A DNA stretch of 64,000 nucleotides from Kiritimatiellota bacterium (GTDB lineage Bacteria; Verrucomicrobiota; Kiritimatiellia; JAAZAB01), in contig JAPLSY010000088.1 of the NCBI GenBank assembly GCA_026398415.1, positions 13,633 to 77,632 on the forward strand, in the 5' to 3' direction. Position 1 is the first letter of the stretch, and every line of letters starts with the position of its first letter. Below the pieces are notes generated by a model that saw only the letters and a list, made by a program, of their open reading frames with translations, was not told the DNA's origin and did not search any database. Positions 9,137 through 18,555 of this stretch are shown in pieces. The position numbers were made by a program, and so were the translations under genes.

Positions 9137-10174
9137 TTATGCTTTGTCGAGCGTATCTCCAGATAGGAATACAAGGTCATAGCCGCAATGGTCGACGATG
9201 AATTTGACGAGCGCATCGGATGGGCGCGATTGGATGGCCAACATGCCGTGAGCATTTTGGAGGCGCTGTCTGTAAAGGAACGCGTAGTAGTTGAGTTGGG
9301 CGGCGCCGAGGCGGACTTGACATTCGATGTTGTCGGGCCGGCAGGACTTCACCTCGACTATGATGCGCTTGCGTTTTTTTCGTGCGCTCAGATCCAGATG
9401 CTTGTCCCATTTTATGATATAACCCTGACCTTTCAGATATGCTGCGACCTTGCGCTTGAGAGCCTCGTGATCCCGATAGGACGTTTGAAGCTTCGCATTG
9501 TCCTTCGATAGCCTGATGGTAAACGGACCCGTGTATTCTGGTAACTCCTTGGCAACAAACCGTCGCAGAATCGAGCCGCTGACGGATGAGGGACTTTCCG
9601 TCCCTGTTGTGAGTCGGGAGGGGCGGATGCCTGGGAAGTAGGTATCTGCAATATGATAAAGCCTTGGCGTGGTGTCCCCCGTAAAGCTGCCTCCGCGCCG
9701 ACGAATGGCAAGCATATCAGAGAGGATGTTTCTGGCCTGGACATCCTTCAGATAGGCTATGTATCTGACGGTCTTTGTTCCTGGGGGGAGGTGACGGCTG
9801 GGAAGAAAGGGAAGATAGTTCGGAAGTTTTATGCAGTCTTTCCACCAAGCCTTCAGATTGGTCCAATGTCCGCTCCGCATCTGGGGCGTGAAAACTGTCG
9901 CTCTGGCATAGAAGCCGGTGATGTATCGCATGCCGTCGGCATGATTCTTGGATACGAAGAAGACGATTCCACCGTCCGCGAAGAAGCGCACATCGTTGCC
10001 CCGGTTCTCGAAGAATCCGTACTTCCATTTGTCGCGCGGCGGCCTGAAGTTCCATGATTCGCCGCCGTGGTGTTTACTCGGGTCGGTCGCGACCCACTTG
10101 AACCCTGAGCGGTCTGGGCTCACATCAGTCCATCCTTTGCTGTTCCAAGTCGTGTTGGCCAAGATGAATCGCAT
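9137..10174 (-). CDS. Putative modification-dependent (type IV-like) restriction endonuclease: N-terminal domain of unknown function (possible PUA/EVE-like reader) plus C-terminal PD-(D/E)xK (IIVEVKSC)
   Basis: C-terminal DKHLDL...RIIVEVKSCRPDNIEC...QLNYYAFL fits Mrr-like catalytic core. Only 8 bp downstream of the type IIG gene, so likely co-transcribed. The N-terminal assignment is an inference. Confidence 0.4.
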   Translation of the reverse strand: MRFILANTTWNSKGWTDVSPDRSGFKWVATDPSKHHGGESWNFRPPRDKWKYGFFENRGNDVRFFADGGIVFFVSKNHADGMRYITGFYARATVFTPQMRSGHWTNLKAWWKDCIKLPNYLPFLPSRHLPPGTKTVRYIAYLKDVQARNILSDMLAIRRRGGSFTGDTTPRLYHIADTYFPGIRPSRLTTGTESPSSVSGSILRRFVAKELPEYTGPFTIRLSKDNAKLQTSYRDHEALKRKVAAYLKGQGYIIKWDKHLDLSARKKRKRIIVEVKSCRPDNIECQVRLGAAQLNYYAFLYRQRLQNAHGMLAIQSRPSDALVKFIVDHCGYDLVFLSGDTLDKA

Positions 10175-10182
10175 ATATTCTC

Positions 10183-13083
10183 CTAACCTTCCACGATTTT
10201 GATTTCCTCTTCCGTCAGGCCGTACAGTTCGTACACCAGACGGTCAATCTGCTGGTCGGTCGCCTGCACGGCGTTCTGCAACGTCTCGCGCTCCCGCTCA
10301 CCCTTCGCCGCCCGCAACTTCGGCACCAGCGTCAGCATTTTGTCCACAAGCTCAACAAGCCGGTCGTGGCGGGCACGGTCTGCGGGGTTCTTGAAATCTA
10401 GTCTTGGGAGAGGGATCTGGCGGAAATCCGACGGATTGATGTTTACATTTGGGAAGTGCGCGCGATACCAGTAGTTGATGAGTTTTGAATTGAACACGCC
10501 TAAAACAAATCTGAGTGAATAGTCGCTACCTGCTTTATGAATGATGTTTGCCAAGTTATGCGCGTTGTAATGCAATTCCGTATCTAAAGTCGCGACCAAC
10601 CTGCGAGACAACGATTTATTCCGCATCGCGTGTAAAAGAATCTTTTCTCCGTTGAAGTATCGCTCATCGCGCGGGCACCAGAGCCACTCGCCATATGACA
10701 CAAACTCGCCGCCCCAAAGCACTTCGTAGCGTGCGATATTCTTTCCGCGCAGAAGCCTCTTCCAGCTTTTCCGGGGTTGAAATCCCGTATATTTGGCCTT
10801 CTCTGCATCGGATCCTGTCTTGTAAAGAATAATTCCTTGAGATGAGTCCGTAACGTCGCCAAGCCGAATTTCCCCGGATTCCACTGTCTTAAACAACTTG
10901 GCCTGTCTTGGGTTCGTGTGGACGTTGATCCTGCACGATTCATCTTGCTGAACTACGCTTTGTGCAATCTGGAAAGACTCGTCCCAATCCATCCTCGCCA
11001 CGCGCGTCTTGTCACTCTTGGGATCCAGCTTGTGAATTAAAAGCTTGTGAGTTGCAGTGCCATTGGTGTCCCGAATGTAAAAGAGCAGAACATTGTCAAC
11101 AACCACCCCGGCGAAAACGCCTTGCGGGAGGTCAACCAACTCTGTGATCTTCCCTTGGGTGACGAGGCGCCGGCGCAAAAGCTCATATGAATGTCCCATG
11201 AGAAAGGTGTTGGGCAGAATGTTGCCAAACCGCCCGCTGGTTCTAAGCAGCGAGGTGCCGCGCAGAACGAAAATCTGGTACAGGTCGTATCGTTTCCCAA
11301 GCCTGCCAGCTTCCCCATATGCGGAGGTGTAATAATCGCGATGCTCGGCGGGAATATTCTCGATTTGAACGTATGGCGGATTCCCGATCACGATATCGAA
11401 TCCCCCAACTTTCATGGCGTCGGGGAACTGCACGGGCCAGTCGAAGGCGTGGACACGCTCAAGGTCTGCGGAAACCTTTGAGAAGTCGGAGGCGATAAGT
11501 GAGTTTCCGCATTTGATGTTGTGGTATAGATTTGGCAATGCGCGTTCGTGTTCGTGGAAGAGGGTCATCTGCTGGGAAAGGGTGGTGTCATTTTCGCCTT
11601 CGAGGGCTTTCAGTAGCAACGAGAGCTTGGTGGTTTCGACGGCCTGCGGGTCGATGTCGACGCCGTAGATGTGGGTGGTGAGGATGCGTTTGCGTTCGCC
11701 GATGGAGAGACATGTTTCCCCTTTGGCGTTCTGATAGACGGCTTTGGCGTGTTTTTTAGAGAGGTTTGCCTGATGCCATTTCAGGCAATGGTCCAGCAGA
11801 AACTGATAGGCGCTGAGGAGGAAGGATCCGCTGCCGCAGGCCGGGTCGAGGATGCGAAAGGGGGGCGTGGTTTTGCCGCCAGCGAGATCGGCAGGGCTTT
11901 TGCCTTCAATCTGTTTGCCGATGGTGCTGTGGACGATGTAGTTCACGATATAGGCGGGGGTGTAGTATACGCCGCCGGCCTTGCGCACTTCGGGCTTTTC
12001 CTCGACTTTGGCCTGGTGTCCGGCGGTCAGGCGAATGACTTTGCCGAGGAAGCGTTCGTACACCGTACCGAGGATTTCCACGGGCATGACGCCGAAGTGG
12101 TATGGGCAACCGTGTTCGAAGTAGAGGCTTTGGAGAATGGGCTTGAGGGCATTGTCGTCCACGGCCAGACTCGGCGTGAGGGTGTCCGGCGCATCGGAGA
12201 CGCCGATTTCTTTCTGGAAGTGGAACAGGCCGGAGTTGTATTTCTGATCGGCCTTGCGGCACACGCCGCTCATAAAACGGTTGTAGATGTCCGGCTGTTC
12301 ACAGAGCTTGAGCAGTTGCCCGTAAGATTCCAGTCCGCGATCCTCGGCCATGCGCAGGAAAATGAGCCGGTCAATGATCCGTTGAACGGCGGCTGTGAGG
12401 TCTTCTTCCGACGACAAATCGCTGTTTCGCAGGGCGAGGTTTCGTGCCAGCACATCGCGCCAGCCTTCAATATCCTTCAAAAACTCGCTATCAACCTCGG
12501 AGGTGCCTCGCTTACGCTTGGAGGCAGCATACTTGTCGAACGTCCCAGACCAGATGGCCTCGCGCGAGAAAACGTCCCAAATCTCCCGCCAACGGTCAGG
12601 ATACTCGGTGAACCCGAAATACTGGATACGGGCATGGCTGGCCTTATCGCCGGGTCGCGGGCGAGCGGCGCAATCGTAAACGCCCAGTTCATCGAAGTCG
12701 GTCAGGATGGACAGAGCTAACTTGGCGCTGAAACCGTAGCGGCGAAGTTGAAAGGCTGGCGCGGGATCGGCGCTGATATTGACGCCGCACTTTTTGGCTT
12801 CGACGTAGAACTTCGGCAATGTGCCGATGCGGAAGGTGTAGTCGGGTGCCTTCAGTTGGCCTTCCACATCCAAACTGTCTTCGGTAATGACTTCGCGATA
12901 TTGGGGTGCGGTCATGGAGTGGTTGCGCACGTCCCAACCAAGGGCCTCGAAAAAAGGGTCTATGAGCGATTGGCGGACGTGAGCTTCCTTGACTCCAGGG
13001 GCGAGGAAGGACTGCCGGTTAGAGGTGAAGTACTGACATAGCTTTGCAACTTCATCTTTGCCTTGGTCGAATGTTTTACTCAT
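10183..13083 (-). CDS. Type IIG/IIL restriction-modification enzyme (MmeI/Eco57I-like): N-terminal PD-(D/E)xK endonuclease, central N6-adenine methyltransferase, C-terminal target-recognition domain
   Basis: N-terminal DYTFRIGTLPKFYVEAKK (D...EAK). SAM motif I ILDPACGSGSFLL. Motif IV IGNPPYVQ. 966 aa in a single polypeptide. Confidence 0.85.
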   Translation of the reverse strand: MSKTFDQGKDEVAKLCQYFTSNRQSFLAPGVKEAHVRQSLIDPFFEALGWDVRNHSMTAPQYREVITEDSLDVEGQLKAPDYTFRIGTLPKFYVEAKKCGVNISADPAPAFQLRRYGFSAKLALSILTDFDELGVYDCAARPRPGDKASHARIQYFGFTEYPDRWREIWDVFSREAIWSGTFDKYAASKRKRGTSEVDSEFLKDIEGWRDVLARNLALRNSDLSSEEDLTAAVQRIIDRLIFLRMAEDRGLESYGQLLKLCEQPDIYNRFMSGVCRKADQKYNSGLFHFQKEIGVSDAPDTLTPSLAVDDNALKPILQSLYFEHGCPYHFGVMPVEILGTVYERFLGKVIRLTAGHQAKVEEKPEVRKAGGVYYTPAYIVNYIVHSTIGKQIEGKSPADLAGGKTTPPFRILDPACGSGSFLLSAYQFLLDHCLKWHQANLSKKHAKAVYQNAKGETCLSIGERKRILTTHIYGVDIDPQAVETTKLSLLLKALEGENDTTLSQQMTLFHEHERALPNLYHNIKCGNSLIASDFSKVSADLERVHAFDWPVQFPDAMKVGGFDIVIGNPPYVQIENIPAEHRDYYTSAYGEAGRLGKRYDLYQIFVLRGTSLLRTSGRFGNILPNTFLMGHSYELLRRRLVTQGKITELVDLPQGVFAGVVVDNVLLFYIRDTNGTATHKLLIHKLDPKSDKTRVARMDWDESFQIAQSVVQQDESCRINVHTNPRQAKLFKTVESGEIRLGDVTDSSQGIILYKTGSDAEKAKYTGFQPRKSWKRLLRGKNIARYEVLWGGEFVSYGEWLWCPRDERYFNGEKILLHAMRNKSLSRRLVATLDTELHYNAHNLANIIHKAGSDYSLRFVLGVFNSKLINYWYRAHFPNVNINPSDFRQIPLPRLDFKNPADRARHDRLVELVDKMLTLVPKLRAAKGERERETLQNAVQATDQQIDRLVYELYGLTEEEIKIVEG

Positions 13084-13325
13084 AAGTGTTTAATCCTTAT
13101 CCCCGGTTACCGGCAACTTTCAGACGCCGAACGAATAGCGTTTTATCCAGTGTGCCGCGAGCATACAACGGCGAACGAGGTGGGACAAGCGCAAATCAAG
13201 CGGCATAATGGACAGCGGGGAGCATCCACCCTTAGCCAGATTGCCGACCTGCATTGATGGCGCTGGAATAGGGCCGGACGCCCCCAGGACTTCCCAAGCG
13301 GATCAGGCCGGGGCGATTATAAGAA

Positions 13326-13865
13326 TCAATCCGCCTTAAAACCAATCCGTTTTCTTGTCGGTTCCGGCGGGCGCATGAGTTCTCTGATTGCGTCGAAAAC
13401 GGCTTTGAATTGCACGTCGTATTTCTTCTCAAGTTCGGCCAGCTTGTGCGCCAGTTCGACGTTTGAGGTCAACCATTGGCGGATACGAACAAAGGCGCGC
13501 ATGATTTCAATGTTCACACTTACCGCGCGCGGGCTGTGCAACACGCTTGACAGCATGGCAACGCCCTGCTCGGTGAAGGCATAGGCCGGTTTCCGTCTGC
13601 CGCCGTGTCCATAACTTGAAGTGCCAAATTGGAACATCAAGTTTGTAAGTTCCTGCGGTTCAAGTTGAAGCATGAAGTCATCAGGGAAGCGTTCGCGGTT
13701 GCGTTTCACGGCCCGATTGAGTGCCTTGGTTTCCACGCCATACAGCGCGGCCAGGTCGCTATCCAACATAATCTTCTGGCCGCGGAGAAGCATGATTTTC
13801 TTTTCAATACTTGCCGCAGGTATCAGGTCGGTCTTGTTAGGCTTAGGCATGGGCAGGGACTTCAA
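13326..13865 (-). CDS. ORF6N-domain (KilA-N-like) DNA-binding protein
   Basis: [45 protein letters not shown] matches the ORF6N N-terminal signature. Confidence 0.7.
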   Translation of the reverse strand: MKSLPMPKPNKTDLIPAASIEKKIMLLRGQKIMLDSDLAALYGVETKALNRAVKRNRERFPDDFMLQLEPQELTNLMFQFGTSSYGHGGRRKPAYAFTEQGVAMLSSVLHSPRAVSVNIEIMRAFVRIRQWLTSNVELAHKLAELEKKYDVQFKAVFDAIRELMRPPEPTRKRIGFKAD

Positions 13866-14046
13866 AGGTTGTCAGGATGGGGGTTTCCGGTTCGGGCAAA
13901 GGAAATTCTTCAAGATAAAGCTCCGTGGCTTCCCGCAGGTTGGCCAGGGCTTCGTCAAAAGTCTCGCCTTGCGTCGTCGTGCCTGTCTCCGGGTTTGTGG
14001 CGATGAACCAGTCTTTTTCCTTATGAATGACTGCTGATAGTCTCAC
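13843..14046 (-). CDS. HicB-like antitoxin (UPF0150, N-terminal-domain-only form)
   Basis: 67 aa: [45 protein letters not shown] matches the HicB_lk_antitox pattern. 3' end overlaps the ORF6N gene start by 23 nt. No HicA-like ORF nearby. Confidence 0.55.
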   Translation of the reverse strand: MRLSAVIHKEKDWFIATNPETGTTTQGETFDEALANLREATELYLEEFPLPEPETPILTTFEVPAHA

Positions 14047-14070
14047 AACATTTTCCTTGTGTAAATTGAA

Positions 14071-15375
14071 CTATATCATGTCATGAAGTAATGAAGCAAG
14101 CAGTTTGTCACGCTGGGCACGCCAATTTTTGGCGGTCATGGATTTCAGGATGGCACAAATTGCAGCCTTGTCGATCTTGCCGGGATTGTCGGTGAGTGGA
14201 GGTAGCGCCGGTGCATTGCCGATTAAGACGGGCATGGAGCCTACGGCTTCCTTCATTGCCTTTTCCCCGACATGCGTATAAGTGTCGTGCATGGCCAGCG
14301 TTGAATGGCCCACAATCGCCATTGTCACCGAAAGCGGTGCGCCTGCTTCCCGGAGCAGGGAAACGGCGGAATGTCGTAATGAATGAAATCCGGCGGAGAT
14401 AACCTTGCGAACACCGTGGCCGTCTCGTTTTGTCACAATCCCATTTTTCTCGAAATGCTGTTGAACAATCTTGGATACCGCATACGGCCCTGTTTCCGTA
14501 TAAAGTTTTGCCATTTTCGGGAGAATATAGCCTTGCCGATTTTCCGGCGGTATTTCAGCAAGGATATTCGCAAGGGTAGGGTGCAAAGGAACAGTCAATT
14601 CCTTGCCGTTTCTCCTGGCCGTTTTGCGCGGCATATACCGGATCAAGCCCCGCTTCAGGTCTATGTTGCCCCATTCCATTGTCGCGGCGTCCGCCAGGCG
14701 TGCCCCCAGGTAGAGCCCCAGGGCCAGCATGAGGCGGAGTTCACCTTCCGCGCTTTGACATATTCGCTTTAATTCCTCGACGGTTAATTCCCGGCGGCTT
14801 TGCGGCGCCAGTCCTTTTTTCCGTTGGATCTCCTCCCACGGATTATTCTCTATTCTGGCTTTATCCTTCAGGACACGGAAAACCAGTTCACAGACGCGGA
14901 CATGCTTATTGAACGTGTTGGCCGTGACGCCCCGGCCCGCCAGGTGTGCGGCATATTCCCCGGCAATTTCCATATTCACACCCCGCAGGCTTTTAATGTC
15001 AGGATGTTTTTCAACAAGCCAGCGTTCAAAACAGCCCCATTGCAGGGCGTAGGTTGCCAGCGTAGCCTTGCCGCTGTCAGGCCGGTTAGAAGCCTTTTCG
15101 TAATTATCCCAGGTGGCAACGATGCTTAATGGCGGGTTTCTCTTTCCATTAAGGATGGCCAATTCATCTTTTGCCCCTTCAATCCGGGCTTTCACGTTCT
15201 GAAGGGTTTTGATTTCATCTTCGACCAGAAACGGCTCCATGATTTCAGCCAAGCGTTTTTCCGCTTCCCGGCGGACGGTCCGGCTGGTAGTCTTCATAAA
15301 TTTCTTGCCTGCCACCGTCCAACAGGCATAATAGGTTTTGTTTCGGAGAATGAGGTAGCCTTTACGTGTTTTCAT
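14071..15375 (-). CDS. Tyrosine site-specific integrase/recombinase
   Basis: C-terminal catalytic region HSLRHSAVSLLREAGAPLSVTMAIVGHSTLAMHDTYTHV (R...HxxR...Y). N-terminal SAM-like arm-binding region. Confidence 0.9.
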   Translation of the reverse strand: MKTRKGYLILRNKTYYACWTVAGKKFMKTTSRTVRREAEKRLAEIMEPFLVEDEIKTLQNVKARIEGAKDELAILNGKRNPPLSIVATWDNYEKASNRPDSGKATLATYALQWGCFERWLVEKHPDIKSLRGVNMEIAGEYAAHLAGRGVTANTFNKHVRVCELVFRVLKDKARIENNPWEEIQRKKGLAPQSRRELTVEELKRICQSAEGELRLMLALGLYLGARLADAATMEWGNIDLKRGLIRYMPRKTARRNGKELTVPLHPTLANILAEIPPENRQGYILPKMAKLYTETGPYAVSKIVQQHFEKNGIVTKRDGHGVRKVISAGFHSLRHSAVSLLREAGAPLSVTMAIVGHSTLAMHDTYTHVGEKAMKEAVGSMPVLIGNAPALPPLTDNPGKIDKAAICAILKSMTAKNWRAQRDKLLASLLHDMI

Positions 15376-15495
15376 GGGTTGCGCCTTCCCTCTGTTGGTT
15401 TCTTTTGATAGCGCAATTTAAGCAAAACCGAGGCGAGGTGTCAACTACAAAAAGGTAGCAAGGCGAGTATGGATACGGAGAAATAAGAGCATATA

Positions 15496-15552
15496 CTGGA
15501 CTCAAAATCCAGCGGTGGCAACACCATGAGGGTTCAACTCCCTCCTCCGGCA
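15496..15552 (+). tRNA. tRNA-Leu(CAA) 3' fragment (anticodon arm through acceptor 3' strand). Probable att-site remnant of the island, not a complete tRNA gene.
   Basis: Anticodon stem CTGGA/TCCAG with loop CTCAAAA (anticodon CAA). Long variable arm CGGTGGCAACACCAT. T-arm GAGGG-TTCAACT-CCCTC. Acceptor 3' strand CTCCGGC plus A. Upstream sequence lacks a D-arm and only 5 of 7 acceptor base pairs can form. Confidence 0.5.
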
Positions 15553-15627
15553 CTCAGCTTTCGTATGGCCTGAACCAAACCCTGCTGTCCGTTGCCGGTC
15601 AGGGTCATACGGGCTATGGAGGTGCTT

Positions 15628-16998
15628 ATGAAAATCGCTGTCCTGGCGGGAAGTCCCAAGGGTGAGATGAGCATTACCCTGCAATATGTCCGGTACATCC
15701 AGAAAAAAATTCCGGCCCATTCATTCGGCATTATTCAGATCGGGAACCAGATCCGGAAACTGGAAAAGGATGTTGTCGCGTTTCAGGCCGTCCTCGATGA
15801 AATCCGGAAGGCCGATGCCGTTCTCTGGTGTTTTCCCGTTTATTTTTTACTGGTTCCCTCCCAGTTGAAGCGATTCATCGAACTGGTGCTCGAACGGCAT
15901 GCTGAGGCGGCGTTCGCCGGAAAATATGCGACGGCCTTGACCACCTCAGTTCATTTCTACGATCATACCGCGCATAATTATATCCGGGCGATCAGCGAAG
16001 ACCTGGGCATGCAGGCGGTCCCCGGTTTTTCGGCCGACATGGAAGACCTGCTGAAACCGTCAGGCCGGGCCGGCTCGATTGCTTTTGCACAGGATTTCAC
16101 CCGGACCATTGCCGCGCAGGCGCCGGTCGAAAAAGCGTTCGCACCTGCGAATGTTCCCGTTCCGGAATACCTGCCGCCGGCGATTCCGGACGTCCCCAAG
16201 ACGGGTTGTCGCCGGATCGTATTGTTGACCGATGCCAGCGAGGCCGACGTCAACCTGCGCCGGATGACGGATACCTTGGTGCGTTCCCTGCCGAATGCCG
16301 TGGACGTAGTCAATATCAATAGCCTGGACCTCAAGGGCGGATGTCTGGGATGTTGTCGGTGCGGCGACGACAACGTCTGCGTGTACCGTGACGATCTGAT
16401 GCCGTTGTTCCGGGACAAACTCATGCCGGCCGACGCCATCGTCTTTGCCGGGGGGATCCGCGACCGGTATCTCTCCTCCCGGTGGAAAATGTTTTTCGAC
16501 CGGACGTTTTGCAACGGCCATGCTCCGTTGATGATGGGCAAGCAGACGGCGTGGATCGTATCCGGGGCGCTTCGGCAATTGCCGAATCTCAGGCAATGGC
16601 TGGAAGCCGGCGCCGAAATGGGCCGGATGCATCTGGCCGGTATCGTCACCGATGAAGACGCCGACGCCACCCGGACAGCGGCACTGTTGAGTGACCTGGC
16701 AATGCGCCTCCTGCGGCATGTGGAGGAACACACGCCGGTCCAGCCGACCTTCCTAAGCGTCGGCGGTCACAAGATTTTCCGGGACCTGATTTACGAGCTC
16801 CGGTTTGTTTTCAAGGCGGATTATCGTTTTTTCGCAAAGCACGGCATGTTCGATTACCCGCAGAAAAATATCCGGAAGCGCCTGCAAAGCGGGTTCCTCT
16901 CCCTGCTGATGGCGATCCCGGCATCCCGGCCCGCCTTCTACCGGATGGCAACGTCAAAAATGCTGAAGCCGTATCAGAAGATCATTGACCAGGCATGA
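15628..16998 (+). CDS. Flavodoxin-like-fold NAD(P)H-dependent oxidoreductase (two tandem flavodoxin-like domains; NADPH-dependent FMN reductase-like)
   Basis: MKIAVLAGSPKG... and ADAVLWCFPVYF... in the first half. Second half RIVLLTDASE...ADAIVFAGGIRDRY. Start chosen at ATG 15628, 5 nt after GGAGGTG; the ORF track begins at 15592. Confidence 0.6.
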   Translation: MKIAVLAGSPKGEMSITLQYVRYIQKKIPAHSFGIIQIGNQIRKLEKDVVAFQAVLDEIRKADAVLWCFPVYFLLVPSQLKRFIELVLERHAEAAFAGKYATALTTSVHFYDHTAHNYIRAISEDLGMQAVPGFSADMEDLLKPSGRAGSIAFAQDFTRTIAAQAPVEKAFAPANVPVPEYLPPAIPDVPKTGCRRIVLLTDASEADVNLRRMTDTLVRSLPNAVDVVNINSLDLKGGCLGCCRCGDDNVCVYRDDLMPLFRDKLMPADAIVFAGGIRDRYLSSRWKMFFDRTFCNGHAPLMMGKQTAWIVSGALRQLPNLRQWLEAGAEMGRMHLAGIVTDEDADATRTAALLSDLAMRLLRHVEEHTPVQPTFLSVGGHKIFRDLIYELRFVFKADYRFFAKHGMFDYPQKNIRKRLQSGFLSLLMAIPASRPAFYRMATSKMLKPYQKIIDQA

Positions 16999-17065
16999 TT
17001 TGAATGCATTGTCACCCGGAGCCAAGACACCAGGAAGACATTACGACCGGGAGATCGAGCGTCAA

Positions 17066-18523
17066 TCACGGAGACGGGGCCGGGGTGGTGTGGAGTGTCC
17101 AAACGCGGCGATTGACGGTGGCGAGGCGTTCGACCAGGGCGCGGTAAGGATCATTCTGAATGTTGACAAGGCCAAAGTTGTCGTTCTCGCCGTCGCCAGA
17201 GCGCCCGCCTTTAGGCTGATCCATATACTGGAACCAATGGTAGCCGAGGAAGTAGGGCTGGGACATCCAGATGGTGGCACAATGCTCGAATTTGGCGGCG
17301 CGGGCCATTTGGTTTGAAACCCTGGGCTGGATGACGGAGGGTGGCGGATAGGTATTAGGCAAACCGCTATCCTTGGCGCGAAAGCTGAACTCCGTGATGA
17401 GCAACGGTTTCCGGGCAAGGTCATAGAACGGGCGGAACGTCAGATCGGTGCGCACGCGCATGGAGGTCGTCAGCCACAGCGCCAGTTTGCCGAGCACGCC
17501 CGCCTCGTAGTAGTTGATGGAGACCACGTCGCAATACTCGCCGCAGGCCTGCACGACCGGCCAGGGGACGATGGCCCAGAGGAACCGGCATCCCAGAATC
17601 AGATGGTGGGGATCTTTGGCGCGAATTGCCTCAACGGCCGTCTTGAAATACTCACGCGCGACGAGGAGGACGAAAGCCTCGCGGTCCCGTTGCGCTTGGG
17701 CCGGGCCCCAGGAAATCAGTTTTTGCCGTGAAGCCAGTTCATTCCAATCTTTCAGGTTCGTGGACCATACGGCATTGAACCGATCAACGGTCTGATAGCG
17801 CTCCCGGAAGAACTCGACGAGCCGTTGTTTGCCGGGCGCTTCGGGCGGGAGCGCCATGTATCCGGGGAATAGGTCGGGGCCGAGCCGCCAGTCTTTGGCC
17901 CAAGGCAGTTCGTTGTCCAGATAGTATCCGATGAGGTAGGGGTCGTTGGCGGTGGCCTCGGCGGCGGCGGCGCGCTTCCGGATATGTGCCTGAACCTCCG
18001 GGCTGAAGAAGTCCGGAACTGTCTTATTGCCCCTTAGCCCGCCGGCTCCCAACTTGCCCCATAGTCCGCTGGACACCGACAGTTCTTTTGTGTAAGGAAA
18101 GGCACCGCGCAATTCGCTGCCCGACCAGTTACCCAGCGTGTTGAGACCCCAGGCGTGAAGCCGGTTGGCCGTGATCCTTGCCCAAGCTTCGACCGACCCA
18201 TGCTTGGCCAGCACGTTCTCACGATAGGGCTGGCGGTTCGTGTCTCGTTCCGTATCGCCGGTCGGATTGACCACGCAAACGCCGAGCGACAGGAAAGCAC
18301 CGCCATCAGGCGTGACGAACCACCAGTGCCGGCCGTCATAGTGCGTGCGGAACGCCGCTCCCGGTCCGAACGACAATTTCTTCAGGCCGCTAAAGCGATC
18401 CAACACCAGGGACTCCTCAGCGTAACTCACCAGACTGAGCGCGAGGCTCGCGAATAGTGTGACCAGAATGGCTATGTGACCGGTCCGGTAATATTCAGCT
18501 TTTGCGCACATTTCTTTTGCCAA
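17066..18523 (-). CDS. Secreted/membrane-anchored glycoside hydrolase, clan GH-A (GH5-like TIM barrel)
   Basis: N-terminal TM/signal (ILVTLFASLALSLVSYA). NE(L)P acid/base-like motif YLDNELPW. Nucleophile-like LLITEFSF. Confidence 0.45.
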   Translation of the reverse strand: MAKEMCAKAEYYRTGHIAILVTLFASLALSLVSYAEESLVLDRFSGLKKLSFGPGAAFRTHYDGRHWWFVTPDGGAFLSLGVCVVNPTGDTERDTNRQPYRENVLAKHGSVEAWARITANRLHAWGLNTLGNWSGSELRGAFPYTKELSVSSGLWGKLGAGGLRGNKTVPDFFSPEVQAHIRKRAAAAEATANDPYLIGYYLDNELPWAKDWRLGPDLFPGYMALPPEAPGKQRLVEFFRERYQTVDRFNAVWSTNLKDWNELASRQKLISWGPAQAQRDREAFVLLVAREYFKTAVEAIRAKDPHHLILGCRFLWAIVPWPVVQACGEYCDVVSINYYEAGVLGKLALWLTTSMRVRTDLTFRPFYDLARKPLLITEFSFRAKDSGLPNTYPPPSVIQPRVSNQMARAAKFEHCATIWMSQPYFLGYHWFQYMDQPKGGRSGDGENDNFGLVNIQNDPYRALVERLATVNRRVWTLHTTPAPSP

Positions 18524-18555
18524 GTATTTTACCGTCGCTCATTCGTACCCGCCGT

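Noticed and set aside
13843-14071. A HicA toxin partner for the HicB-like ORF
   Set aside because: No small YcfA/HicA-like ORF in any frame adjacent. Reported instead as an orphan antitoxin paired with ORF6N.
15470-15552. Full-length tRNA-Leu gene
   Set aside because: Only the 3' part, about 57 nt (anticodon arm, variable arm, T-arm, acceptor 3' strand), is tRNA-like. The upstream 25 nt cannot form a D-arm, and acceptor pairing is 5 of 7. Reported as a fragment/att site instead.
15362-15553. 63-aa ORF on the minus strand overlapping the tRNA-Leu fragment
   Set aside because: Overlaps a structured tRNA-derived sequence and an intergenic att region. Odd composition. No support.
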